From Clostridiales bacterium (GTDB lineage: Bacteria > Bacillota > Clostridia > Oscillospirales > JAAYOS01), in contig JAAYOS010000032.1 of assembly GCA_012520195.1 (NCBI GenBank), positions 1 through 57,773 on the forward strand: a DNA stretch of 57,773 nucleotides. Direction: 5' to 3'. This document shows, piece by piece, positions 40,433 to 50,164 of the stretch. Each line of letters begins with the position of its first letter. Within the stretch, counting starts at the first letter, position 1. A program made the translations under genes and the position numbers. The notes beneath the pieces were generated by a model. It saw nothing but the letters and a program-made list of their open reading frames with translations, was not told where the DNA came from and searched no databases.

Positions 40433-41113
40433 ATGATAATTGTGTTGTGTCGCGCAGCCATTCTTTTCGTCGTTATTATGATCTCGATGCGCATCCTAGG
40501 CAAGAGACAGCTCGGAGAGATGGAGCCTGCTGAGTTTGTAATTGCACTTGTTATATCCGATCTGGCGTCAGTCCCAATTGAAAATATTGGAGTGCCTCTG
40601 CTTTATGCCTTGTTTCCCATTACTTTATTGGTGAGCCTTGAGCTTCTCATAACATACGGAACCCTAAAAAGTCTGAATTTCCGTATACTTGTTTGCGGAA
40701 AACCCAGCATCGTCATAGAAAACGGAAAGATAAATCAAAGCGAGATGTCAAAGAGCAGGATTTCTGTAAATGAACTCTTTGAGCAGTTACGAGGTAAGAA
40801 TGTAAGTGATATTAGCCAAGTAAAATACGCTATACTGGAGACGAGCGGAGAGTTTAATGTAATACTGTTTAGCGAACACAGCCCGGTAACAGTTTCCGAT
40901 CTTAAAATAGAGTATGAGGACAAAGGTCTCCCAATCGCTGTTATTGATGATGGAAAGCTCATTAAGAAGAACATGAGGATTAGAAACATCGACAGACAGT
41001 GGTTAGATAGTTATCTTAAAAAGAGAAAATTACCCCAACCTAAGGAAATCTTTCTGATGACCATAGACGATCAGGGCAATATCTATATTTCGGAAAAGGA
41101 GAGGAAAAGATGA
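40433..41113 (+). CDS. DUF421 (YetF-family) membrane protein
   Basis: MRILGKRQLGEMEPAEFVIALVISDLAS is the signature YetF N-terminus. The C-terminal soluble domain shows NELFEQLR. Confidence 0.8.
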   Translation: MIIVLCRAAILFVVIMISMRILGKRQLGEMEPAEFVIALVISDLASVPIENIGVPLLYALFPITLLVSLELLITYGTLKSLNFRILVCGKPSIVIENGKINQSEMSKSRISVNELFEQLRGKNVSDISQVKYAILETSGEFNVILFSEHSPVTVSDLKIEYEDKGLPIAVIDDGKLIKKNMRIRNIDRQWLDSYLKKRKLPQPKEIFLMTIDDQGNIYISEKERKR

Positions 41114-41490
41114 AGCTGCTTATAATTGGACTTGCGATGCTCTTAACCGTAACTCTTCTATGCTATGCAAACCAGAATTATCTGAAGGCTTCGCTTGGAA
41201 CAGTGATACATGATTTAGATACTATTCTAGTAGATCTTCAGAATGAAAAGTGGGAATCTGCAGATGAAATAACTAAGTCCATAATTGATGGTTGGTTTGC
41301 TAAAAAAGGGTACTATATGTCTGTTGTGACTCACGAGCATATCCATAGTGTTGAAACTGCACTAATTGAGTTGCAGTGCAGTATTGAGAACAGGGTTCAG
41401 GAAGAAGCAATTAAATCCGCAAGAGTAGTGCAGACTCAGCTAGAAAACCTTTTGTCCGAAGAGGTCCTTAGTCTTGCAAGTGTTCTATAA
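41110..41490 (+). CDS. DUF4363-like small membrane-anchored protein
   Basis: 126 aa with an N-terminal TM and a helical body. It is translationally coupled (ATGA) to the DUF421 gene, a pairing I recall as common in Clostridia. Confidence 0.5.
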   Translation: MKLLIIGLAMLLTVTLLCYANQNYLKASLGTVIHDLDTILVDLQNEKWESADEITKSIIDGWFAKKGYYMSVVTHEHIHSVETALIELQCSIENRVQEEAIKSARVVQTQLENLLSEEVLSLASVL

Positions 41491-41519
41491 CATGCTAGTT
41501 TTCTCAGGACATGGCAAAC

Positions 41520-42104
41520 TTAAATACCAAAAACGATTTTCTTAAGTCGGTCTATCCCTTCTTTAGTTCTTGCCGAATAGTGTATCAGAGTAACCGACTC
41601 ATCGAGATGTAGCGTTTCCCTTATCATTTCTAGCTGTCCTTCAATGGCTTTCTTCTTTACTTTATCCGATTTATTAGCGGCGACAACAAAAGGAATACCA
41701 GTCAATCGAAAATAGTCACACATCATGATGTCGTCAGCGGTTGGCTTGTGCCTTGCATCTACCAACAGTACACAGAGAGAGAGGTTTTCGCGTTCAGCAA
41801 AGAAAGACTCCATAAGTGCCTGCCATTCCGCTTTGGTCGCTTTTGAAACCTTTGCAAACCCATAGCCAGGTAGGTCCGCCAAGTACATTTTCTTATCAAT
41901 CAAGAAATAGTTGACAAGATTCGTTTTGCCCGGTGTTTCACTCACTCTGGCAATGCTCTTCCTGTTTAAAAGTGCGTTTATAGTGGAAGACTTGCCGGCA
42001 TTTGATCTGCCGGCAAAAGCAACCACATCAAGCCCGTCCCTTATAAAGGCCGAGGGACCGGCAGCTGATTTTATGAATTCCACATTATGCAAATTTAAGC
42101 TCAT
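41520..42104 (-). CDS. engB: Ribosome biogenesis GTPase YsxC/EngB
   Basis: G1 is GRSNAGKSSTINAL, G3 is DLPGYG and G4 is NKSDK. It lies directly downstream of lon, as in Bacillus. Confidence 0.95.
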   Translation of the reverse strand: MSLNLHNVEFIKSAAGPSAFIRDGLDVVAFAGRSNAGKSSTINALLNRKSIARVSETPGKTNLVNYFLIDKKMYLADLPGYGFAKVSKATKAEWQALMESFFAERENLSLCVLLVDARHKPTADDIMMCDYFRLTGIPFVVAANKSDKVKKKAIEGQLEMIRETLHLDESVTLIHYSARTKEGIDRLKKIVFGI

Positions 42105-44575
42105 TGCAGTACCTGTCTTTCATTGTTGAGTGCATTCTCAGATTCATTCGAAAAAACCTGGGATAGATCGTTGATGCTGCCAATACTTTCGTTAGCTTTT
42201 TCTTTTTTCTGCACTTTCTTAGCTCTCCGAGAAAAGTCGATCGCGTACTTGATTACCGAGTCGGCATTTTCCACTAGGATGAACTGCAGAGCCTTTTTTA
42301 CCGTCGGATCGATCTCTTCGATGTCCGCCTCGTTTGCGGCCGGGATTATTACTGTTTTAATGCCGTTTCTGTATGCAGCCATTGTCTTCTCTTTAAGTCC
42401 TCCGATTGGTAGCACCCTGCCCCGAATCGTCACCTCGCCCGTCATTGCAACATCGCCACGAACAGGTGCGTTGGTAAGAGCAGAAACAATAGCAGTTGTT
42501 ATTGCAATTCCTGCAGAGGGGCCGTCTTTTGGAATTGCACCCTCCGGGAAGTGGAGATGTATATCCTTCTCCTTGTAAAAATTGGGGTCAATGTCCAGCG
42601 CATCGGTTCTACTCCTGATGTATGTCAATGCGGCTTTACCCGACTCCTTGAGCACATCACCCAGATTCCCGGTGAGTTCAAGCTTACCTGAGCCGTCCAC
42701 AATACTTGCCTCTACTTCAAGAATGTCTCCTCCTGACTGAGTCCATGCAAGTCCGTGTACAACGCCGACCTCATCGGTTCTCTTAATACTCTCAGGCTTA
42801 TACTTCCGGACACCGAGATACTTTTCAACGCTTCCAGCCGAAACGGTCGCTGTTTTTATCTCACCAAGCGCTATACGCTTTGCAGCCTTTCTGCATATTG
42901 CGGCAATTTCGCGCTCTAGCTGACGGACACCGGACTCCCTTGTGTAGCAAACGATTATTTCCCTAATTGCATCGTCATTTATTCTAAGAGTACTTCTGCT
43001 AAGTCCGTGGTTTTTTAACTGCTTCTGCATCAGGTGGCGTTTTGCAATCTGTACCTTTTCCTCATCCGTATAGCTTGTAACCTCAATTACCTCCATGCGG
43101 TCAATTAGAGGTCTGGGGATAGTATCGAGTGTGTTGGCGGTAGTTATAAACATTACCTCGGACAAATCAAACGGCATCTCGAGGTAGTGGTCTCTAAAGG
43201 TTGAATTCTGCTCAGAATCCAGCACCTCTAACAGGGCAGATGCCGGGTCACCTCTGAAATCATTCCCTAGCTTGTCGATCTCGTCCATTAGAATTAGAGG
43301 ATTTTTGCTTCCGGCCTGGATAACAGCATTGATAATGCGTCCGGGCATAGCACCAACATACGTCTTTCTGTGTCCTCTAATCTCTGCCTCGTCCCTTACA
43401 CCGCCGAGAGACATGCGGGCAAACTTTCTATTTATTGCTTGAGCAATAGAGTTTGCTATTGACGTCTTACCAGTACCCGGAGGCCCAACAAGACATATGA
43501 TCTGGCCCTTTAATTCGGGAGACAGTTTTCTTACAGAGAGATACTCGAGTATTCTCTCCTTCACTTTTTCAAGCCCGTAGTGGTCGGCGTCAAGCTTTTT
43601 TGAAACGTTAGAGATGTTGAGTTTTTCTTTGGTCATCGTATGCCATGGAACCTCAAGGCAGGTGTCGAGATATGTTCTGACAACTGCGGCCTCAGCGGAA
43701 CCGGGATGCATATGATCTAGCCGTGCAGCCTCTTTAAGCAGCTTTTCTTCATACTCCTGCTCAAGCTTTAGTGCCCGTATTCTCGCAGTGTATTCACCCT
43801 CGTCATCTTCCTCGTCAGGTGCCTGTCCAAGCTCACTTTGGATAGCACGGAGCTGTTCGCGCAGGTAGTACTCACGTTGGTGCCTTACTACCTGTTCTCG
43901 TACCCTTGAGTGGATTTCACTCTCAAGCTCTAGCAGCTCAGCTTCCCTATATAATATGGCACAGACTTTTTCAAGTCTCTTTGTCTTGTCAGTGATTTCT
44001 AGAATCTCCTGCTTTTCCGCCTGGCGGATAGAGATATTCTGAGTGATGTAATCCGCCAAGTAGCCTGTTTCTTCAGTTGACAGCACCCTGACAAGAACCT
44101 CGTTAGTCATTCTTGGCGCTGCCTGGGCATACTCATCGAAAGCATTCTGAGCTTCTCGAATTAGCGCCTCTCTGCGTTTTGGTGATTGCTCACTCTCGGT
44201 CTCGAAGATCCTTTCAATCTCAGCAATAAGGAATTCTTCTGACTGAACAATGTCCACCAGTCGTGCACGATAACTCCCCTCAACAATCAGTCTGATGTTG
44301 TCGCCCGGGAGCCTGAATATCTGGCGGACCTTTGATACAGTTCCTACATGGTATAAGTCGTCCATATCGGGATCTTCTATGCGGATATCTTTCTGCGTTA
44401 CCAGAAAAATCGTCTGACCTTCGAGCATACATTGATCCAATGCACGCACAGATTTCTCCCTTCCTACATCAAAATGTAGTACCATGTCCGGAAACACGGT
44501 TAGCCCCCTCAAGGCGAGCATGGGCATTTTTATGTTTGTATTATTATTACTTTCGTTTTTGTTGTTCAGAGTCAT
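42101..44575 (-). CDS. lon: ATP-dependent protease Lon (LonA)
   Basis: The LON N-domain begins LPMLALRGLTVFP. The AAA+ Walker A is GPPGTGKTS and the protease serine motif is KDGPSAG. 824 aa. Confidence 0.95.
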   Translation of the reverse strand: MTLNNKNESNNNTNIKMPMLALRGLTVFPDMVLHFDVGREKSVRALDQCMLEGQTIFLVTQKDIRIEDPDMDDLYHVGTVSKVRQIFRLPGDNIRLIVEGSYRARLVDIVQSEEFLIAEIERIFETESEQSPKRREALIREAQNAFDEYAQAAPRMTNEVLVRVLSTEETGYLADYITQNISIRQAEKQEILEITDKTKRLEKVCAILYREAELLELESEIHSRVREQVVRHQREYYLREQLRAIQSELGQAPDEEDDEGEYTARIRALKLEQEYEEKLLKEAARLDHMHPGSAEAAVVRTYLDTCLEVPWHTMTKEKLNISNVSKKLDADHYGLEKVKERILEYLSVRKLSPELKGQIICLVGPPGTGKTSIANSIAQAINRKFARMSLGGVRDEAEIRGHRKTYVGAMPGRIINAVIQAGSKNPLILMDEIDKLGNDFRGDPASALLEVLDSEQNSTFRDHYLEMPFDLSEVMFITTANTLDTIPRPLIDRMEVIEVTSYTDEEKVQIAKRHLMQKQLKNHGLSRSTLRINDDAIREIIVCYTRESGVRQLEREIAAICRKAAKRIALGEIKTATVSAGSVEKYLGVRKYKPESIKRTDEVGVVHGLAWTQSGGDILEVEASIVDGSGKLELTGNLGDVLKESGKAALTYIRSRTDALDIDPNFYKEKDIHLHFPEGAIPKDGPSAGIAITTAIVSALTNAPVRGDVAMTGEVTIRGRVLPIGGLKEKTMAAYRNGIKTVIIPAANEADIEEIDPTVKKALQFILVENADSVIKYAIDFSRRAKKVQKKEKANESIGSINDLSQVFSNESENALNNERQVLQ

Positions 44576-45182
44576 ATCTTGTCTGCTTCTCCATTTCTTT
44601 GTCTTCTACGCTGCGTTTTCTACTACCTGCGTTAGCATCATTCATCTTTATCCAGTAGTTCATTCCGAATCGGCTTGCCCGCTTTGTAAACCCGTTCTTT
44701 AGTAGCACGGTTTCCGAAGCGTGGTTATTTTTTCTTGTCACTGCCGTGATTTTTTGTATTGGGAAATCCTGCTGCTCAAAGGCGAAGCGGCAAAGAGCCT
44801 CTATGGCTTCGGTCATTATTCCCCGACAGCGGCTGTCCTGCCTGGTGCCATATCCCAACTCCACTTCTCCATTCGCCCGGAGTCCCTTAAATCCTATTTC
44901 ACCAACAATCAGTCTGCTTTGCCGGGAGATAATTATCCAAACCGTCGCAAACAGCCATGCCTTCGGATTTTCATCAATAATCCCAAGCTTCATGGCATAC
45001 ACTTTTCTTTTTGAGCGTTCTATCTCATATGGAACTGTACCATAAATTGCATCGATTTCTTGCGCTGCACCTGAGGGATCGTTAATGGCCTTTTCCAACT
45101 GCGGCCTGTTATATGGTATGATTTCTAATCTATTTGTAATTATTCGCAACGGCAGTCCTCCAACAGTACCTTTGCTATACAT
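44547..45182 (-). CDS. GNAT family N-acetyltransferase (RimJ/RimL-like) with a basic/acidic C-terminal tail overlapping the lon start
   Basis: Motifs EIGFKGL....VELGYG, RCRGIMTEAIEALCRFAF and NHASETVLLKNGF. Confidence 0.7.
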   Translation of the reverse strand: MYSKGTVGGLPLRIITNRLEIIPYNRPQLEKAINDPSGAAQEIDAIYGTVPYEIERSKRKVYAMKLGIIDENPKAWLFATVWIIISRQSRLIVGEIGFKGLRANGEVELGYGTRQDSRCRGIMTEAIEALCRFAFEQQDFPIQKITAVTRKNNHASETVLLKNGFTKRASRFGMNYWIKMNDANAGSRKRSVEDKEMEKQTRYDSEQQKRK

Positions 45183-45222
45183 CTATATTTTATCTTCTTA
45201 ATATACCTTTGTCCAGAGAGTT

Positions 45223-45954
45223 TTACATAATTCTGTTTATTTCTCGCCTGAGCCTCAATATTATTCTCTTTTCTAGTCTTGATATATATGATTGTGAGAT
45301 ACCCATCTTATCTGCTACTTCCTTTTGGGTCCTCTCCTTCTTTCCATCCAGTCCAAAGCGCATTACTATTATATCTCTTTCTCTTTCAGTCAATTTTTCT
45401 AGCGCTTTTCGTAACAACTGTCTGTCCGCCTCATCTTCAATTGGGCGCATTATTATGTCAGCATCTGTTCCGAGCACATCGCTCAGCAACAGCTCGTTTC
45501 CATCCCAGTCGGTATTGAGCGGCTCATCTATCGATATTTCTCCCCTTTGGGGTGAAGTCTTTCTCAGATGCATAAGTATTTCATTCTCAATGCAGCGCGA
45601 GGCATATGTCGCTAGCTTAATGTTCTTCTCCGGCTTAAATGTGTTTATTGCCTTAATCAAACCAATTGTCCCAATGGATATAAGGTCTTCAATGTTTATC
45701 CCTGTATTGTCAAAGCGTTTGGCAATGTAGACAACTAGCCGTAAATTGTGCTCGATCAGTGCCCTGCGGATACTCTCGCCGCCATCTCTAAATCTGCTTA
45801 TAAGGTATGCTTCCTCCTCCGGCGTAAGAGGCGGAGGCAATGTCTCAGAACCGCCAATATACATCACCTTTGATCGCCGCGAAGCTATGAGCCTCCCAAC
45901 GACCCTATAGAATCTGATTTTTATAGCCAGTTTCGACCTCTGTATCCAGTTCAC
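45223..45954 (-). CDS. sigE: Sporulation sigma factor SigE (pro-sigma-E)
   Basis: A pro-sequence is followed by [20 protein letters not shown], then regions 2 and 4 ([25 protein letters not shown] and [21 protein letters not shown]). It lies immediately downstream of spoIIGA. Confidence 0.9.
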   Translation of the reverse strand: MNWIQRSKLAIKIRFYRVVGRLIASRRSKVMYIGGSETLPPPLTPEEEAYLISRFRDGGESIRRALIEHNLRLVVYIAKRFDNTGINIEDLISIGTIGLIKAINTFKPEKNIKLATYASRCIENEILMHLRKTSPQRGEISIDEPLNTDWDGNELLLSDVLGTDADIIMRPIEDEADRQLLRKALEKLTERERDIIVMRFGLDGKKERTQKEVADKMGISQSYISRLEKRIILRLRREINRIM

Positions 45955-46002
45955 TGTTCTCCTCCTTTATCAGTTTACAACTCAAATTTGATTGTCTTGT
46001 TG

Positions 46003-46890
46003 TCATCCAAGCGAGCCAACCAGAGCAGAATATCCGGCTCCCTCCGAAAGGTCATTTGGTGATAGCGCAATAAGCATACCTTTCTGCACTCTGCCGCTTA
46101 CTAGTACAGAATCTGGACGGAATGCCAGCAGGATTCCTCCTTCCAGTCCGACAGATTTGAACGGTATCAGTCTAAACCTGCGGGCTAAAGCGCTATCCAC
46201 TTCCGAAATAATCATCAATGCTTGAGGGTCACTTACAAGGCTCCTGTCAAAAAGCCCCTGTATGCCTGGAGGGAAAATGTCCTTTACTGCATCGACCTCA
46301 GCGACCATTACAGCCGCCCGCGAGATTGGGTCCTGTAGCGTATTCCCTGTATCTACTAATGCAGATATTGTGATTTTTCTGTCTCCCATAGAAGCTTCTA
46401 TTTGAGTTATATCACCGCAAGAGCCCCCATGTCTGCCCACGCCCGAGAAAAAAATACTTATGAATCCATAGCATAGAAGGACCGAAATGATCAGCACATT
46501 TGGTGAGATACGTGAATATAGAAGATTACTCCCGAAATCCTTAATATCTCCTCCTCCGGTGATGTATATCGCAAACACACCTCCACCGAATACTACAGAT
46601 ACCAATATAAAAAGCATCAAATATTTGATGTAGCGCTTTAGGTTTACGAAACCAAAACCGATAAATACCATAGTCGCTCCAACCGCCAATTTGATTCCGA
46701 GCGATGATAAGATTTTTAGTCCAGGCACACAGGCAAGTACACCGTACAGGCCTCCGAACATCGCTGAAGCAAGCAGACGTAATCTTCTGTACGGAAAACC
46801 AGAGAACTTTGCGGCAGCCAACAACATCAGAAAGTTCACAGAAAAGTTTATAAAAAATACCGTGTCTATGTACACAACCTGCATACGCAC
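46003..46890 (-). CDS. spoIIGA: Sigma-E processing aspartic peptidase SpoIIGA
   Basis: Five N-terminal TMs (MQVVYIDTVFFINF...) are followed by the catalytic ALVDTGNTLQDP motif. Confidence 0.9.
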   Translation of the reverse strand: MRMQVVYIDTVFFINFSVNFLMLLAAAKFSGFPYRRLRLLASAMFGGLYGVLACVPGLKILSSLGIKLAVGATMVFIGFGFVNLKRYIKYLMLFILVSVVFGGGVFAIYITGGGDIKDFGSNLLYSRISPNVLIISVLLCYGFISIFFSGVGRHGGSCGDITQIEASMGDRKITISALVDTGNTLQDPISRAAVMVAEVDAVKDIFPPGIQGLFDRSLVSDPQALMIISEVDSALARRFRLIPFKSVGLEGGILLAFRPDSVLVSGRVQKGMLIALSPNDLSEGAGYSALVGSLG

Positions 46891-47182
46891 CCCGCTGAAA
46901 ACGACTAGAGATATTTTCTGAGAGTATATCTGCTAACGGATATTGAAGGATTCTCGTTAAGTGAAATTATACATGTACATGTACAAAAATGATGTCGTAC
47001 AAGTACATTCATCCAAAAAAGTTATTGCTGTCTGGACGTGCGAAAAATATTAAATATGACAAACAGAAACTGTTTTCACCCTTTTGAGCAAAAATCAATG
47101 GTATATCCTTGTCTCATATGCTATAATTTTACTTGGAAACAGGTGGACAACGGTCAAAAAAACATCGGAAGGAAGAGGTAGC

Positions 47183-47929
47183 ATGAAGACTCTTGTTTGG
47201 GCACACAGAGGTGCGAGTTCGGACGCTCCCGAGAACACTCTTGAAGCCTTTTCTCTGGCTTTGGAGCAGGAAGCAGACGGTATAGAACTTGATGTGCACA
47301 TGACAGCAGACGGCGAAATCGTAGTGGCACATGATGAAACTCTTGAACGGGTTTCTAACGGCACAGGATTGATTAAAGACAGAACTCTATCCGAGCTCAA
47401 GCAACTCGATTTCTCAAAGGCCTTTTCAAACTACTCCCCTGCCCGCATTCCCACTCTTGCTGAAGTCTATGACTTTATAAAGCCAACCGGCCTTACTGTA
47501 AATGTGGAGATAAAGTCGGGCATAGTTCAATATGAGGGCATTGAGAAAAAAATTATTGACCTGGCCGAGCAATTCAGCATCTCGGACCGGATCATCTACT
47601 CATCATTCAACCACTACAGTCTTATGATTCTGAGAGAGATCTCCCCAAGTGCAAAAATTGGTCTCCTATATAATGAGGCGCTAATCGACCCTCATCTGTA
47701 CGCTCAGCATGTTGGTGCAAATGCCATTCATCCTTTTTTCCCTACACTTATGGTCCCAGGAGTCCTGAAAGGGTGTAGAGAAGCTGGGGTCGCAATTCAT
47801 CCATGGACAGTTAACGATATCAATCATATGAAGAATCTGATTGCGGCAGGAGTCGATGCCCTTATAACAGATGTTCCAAAGGCCGCCCGTCAGGTGTTGA
47901 TGGAGGTAGAAGCAAATGAAGCTCAATAA
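47183..47929 (+). CDS. Glycerophosphodiester phosphodiesterase
   Basis: Motifs VWAHRGAS..PENTLEAF, ELDVHMTADGEIVVAHDETLER and NVEIK. The ATG at 47183 follows a GGAAGAGG SD. The longer ORF prefix is unsupported. Confidence 0.85.
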   Translation: MKTLVWAHRGASSDAPENTLEAFSLALEQEADGIELDVHMTADGEIVVAHDETLERVSNGTGLIKDRTLSELKQLDFSKAFSNYSPARIPTLAEVYDFIKPTGLTVNVEIKSGIVQYEGIEKKIIDLAEQFSISDRIIYSSFNHYSLMILREISPSAKIGLLYNEALIDPHLYAQHVGANAIHPFFPTLMVPGVLKGCREAGVAIHPWTVNDINHMKNLIAAGVDALITDVPKAARQVLMEVEANEAQ

Positions 47930-49217
47930 CAAAAGAACCATCCTAGTCGGTCTCGCCTTTCTCTCAATATGTTCTTTTTGGCAGCTTTACGACAGCATAG
48001 TACCGCTGATCCTAAAGAACACATTCAACATAAGCGACACGTCCGCGGGAGCTGTTATGGCGCTTGACAATGTGCTTGCACTTTTTTTACTGCCTGTGTT
48101 CGGCATGCTTTCCGACCGCACAAACACAAGAATTGGAAGTCGCATGCCCTTTATTATCGGTGGCACAATTGCGGCATCAGTACTGATGATTATCCTGCCT
48201 ATTGCAGATAGAGCCCGCAATCTTACGCTATTCTTAGTGACCCTCGGAGCAGTCCTTCTTAGCATGAGCACATACCGTTCTCCAGCAGTTGCCTTAATGC
48301 CGGATGTTACTCCTAAGCCCTTGAGATCAAAAGCCAATGCCATAATCAATCTCATGGGGGCAGTAGGTGGCATTATTTCCTTAGGTCTTATAGCTGTTAT
48401 GGTACCGAAGGGTAGTAATCCAAACTACATCCCGCTATACATTGTGGTTTCTGCAATCATGCTAATTTGTATTACTGTCCTCTTCTTTACAATAAAAGAA
48501 AACAAGTTGAAGAAAGAAATGCAAGAACAGTCTGGCCATGATGGGTTGGATAGCGAAGCCACTGACACCTCATCTGAAACCGGTTATGCATCAGAACATA
48601 AGTTATCAAAGCCCGTTCGCAAATCACTGATTCTTATCCTATTCTCTATCTTTCTGTGGTTTATGGGCTATAATGCAATCACTACTGCTTTTTCGAAGTA
48701 TGCCAACGTCTATTGGGGCCTTGAAGGCGGACTTTTTGCTTATGCACTTATAGTCGCTCAGATAGCCGCCATTTTGTCATACATACCGGTAGGTGCGGTT
48801 GCAACGAAGATCGGACGTAAAAAAGTGATACTGTTCGGTATCGTTCTGCTTACTATATCTTTCTCCTTAGCTGCGTTGTTCCAAACATTCAGTGCATTCA
48901 TTCTTCTGTTCTTTGTTACAGCCGGTATCTCCTGGGCATCAATTAACGTTAACTCATACCCAATGGTTGTTGAAATGAGCCGCGGTTCAAACGTTGGTAA
49001 GTACACTGGGTATTACTATACTTTCTCAATGGCTGCACAGATTGTTACTCCAATTCTATCAGGAGCTGTTCTTGAGTTTTTAGGCTATAAGTTCTTGTTC
49101 CCGTATGGTGCATTATTTGTGGGACTATCATTTGTTACAATGATCTTCGTTAAACACGGTGATAGCAGACCGAAAGCACCTGCATCAAAGCTTGAAGCTT
49201 TTGATGTTGAGGACTGA
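47916..49217 (+). CDS. MFS transporter (glycoside-pentoside-hexuronide/SLC45-like), substrate unknown
   Basis: About 12 TMs with a central hydrophilic loop and an MFS loop motif, GMLSDRTNTRIGSRMP. Its start overlaps the end of the phosphodiesterase gene. Confidence 0.7.
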   Translation: MKLNNKRTILVGLAFLSICSFWQLYDSIVPLILKNTFNISDTSAGAVMALDNVLALFLLPVFGMLSDRTNTRIGSRMPFIIGGTIAASVLMIILPIADRARNLTLFLVTLGAVLLSMSTYRSPAVALMPDVTPKPLRSKANAIINLMGAVGGIISLGLIAVMVPKGSNPNYIPLYIVVSAIMLICITVLFFTIKENKLKKEMQEQSGHDGLDSEATDTSSETGYASEHKLSKPVRKSLILILFSIFLWFMGYNAITTAFSKYANVYWGLEGGLFAYALIVAQIAAILSYIPVGAVATKIGRKKVILFGIVLLTISFSLAALFQTFSAFILLFFVTAGISWASINVNSYPMVVEMSRGSNVGKYTGYYYTFSMAAQIVTPILSGAVLEFLGYKFLFPYGALFVGLSFVTMIFVKHGDSRPKAPASKLEAFDVED

Positions 49218-49250
49218 GCAAATTACGATTTTGATGGAAGTGAAATACGA

Positions 49251-49937
49251 ATGAAATTATTGTATGCTGGCAAAACAAAGGATGTCTACGCCCTTGATAA
49301 TGGAAACTACCGCCTTGTTTTTAAGGATGATGTGACCGGCACTGATGGTGTCTTTGATCCCGGCGCCAACACTGTCGGACTAAAAATCGAAGGAATTGGC
49401 AGGAGTAACCTATTGGTGTCCTCCATGTTCTTCGAGGTCTTGAAGGATGCTGGAGTGGAGACTCACTATCTAGGCTCGGACGCTAAAGAGATAACAATGG
49501 ATGTAAAACCGGCAAAGCCCTTCGGCAAAGGGCTTGAAGTGATCTGCCGTTACCGGGCAGTCGGAAGCTTTTTACGCCGCTACGGTGCATATGTCAAAGA
49601 GGGTGACAAACTCAATTCCTACGTAGAGGCCACGCTTAAAGACGATGAAAGAGGAGACCCGCTCATTACCGTCGAAGGCCTTGAGGCGCTGAACATCATG
49701 TCTGCCTCACAATACGAAAAAATCAAGGCCGATACCATTAAGATAACATCCATAATAAGTGATGTGCTCACAGGCAAGGGACTTGAGCTCTACGACATTA
49801 AACTGGAATTCGGTACAGATAATGAAGGTAACACAATGTTGATCGATGAAATATCATCCGGCAACATGCGAGTTTACAGGGACGGTAAGGTCATTGAACC
49901 AATGGAGCTAAATGCTCTGCTATTGGGTGATATGTAA
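49251..49937 (+). CDS. purC: Phosphoribosylaminoimidazole-succinocarboxamide synthase
   Basis: Motifs [35 protein letters not shown] and [10 protein letters not shown]. This is the short-form SAICAR synthase. Confidence 0.9.
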   Translation: MKLLYAGKTKDVYALDNGNYRLVFKDDVTGTDGVFDPGANTVGLKIEGIGRSNLLVSSMFFEVLKDAGVETHYLGSDAKEITMDVKPAKPFGKGLEVICRYRAVGSFLRRYGAYVKEGDKLNSYVEATLKDDERGDPLITVEGLEALNIMSASQYEKIKADTIKITSIISDVLTGKGLELYDIKLEFGTDNEGNTMLIDEISSGNMRVYRDGKVIEPMELNALLLGDM

Positions 49938-49991
49938 TCTCTTTGCTTAGTTTTGGAATGCTTCACAGCTTCAATAACAAGTAAAAAGTTT

Positions 49992-50026
49992 AGGCATAGC
50001 CGATGAGACCCGGCTATGCCTTTTCC
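49992..50026 (+). terminator. Intrinsic terminator after purC
   Basis: AGGCATAGCCG-atgagac-CGGCTATGCCT is followed by TTTTCC. Confidence 0.8.
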
Positions 50027-50043
50027 CTTTCCTATTACGTTGC

Positions 50044-50098
50044 AAAAAACGAGACCTGTCACCTCAAGTACTTAATCAAGTCGAGCGTGACAGGTCTC
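50044..50098 (-). terminator. Intrinsic terminator after the purine permease gene
   Basis: On the reverse strand, GAGACCTGTCAC-loop-GTGACAGGTCTC (12 bp) is followed by GTTTTTT. Confidence 0.75.
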
Positions 50099-50164
50099 AT
50101 ATTAATCAACTTTAGCTATAAGCTACTAATCTATTCAACAACTTTCTTATGCCATTAATGGCCT

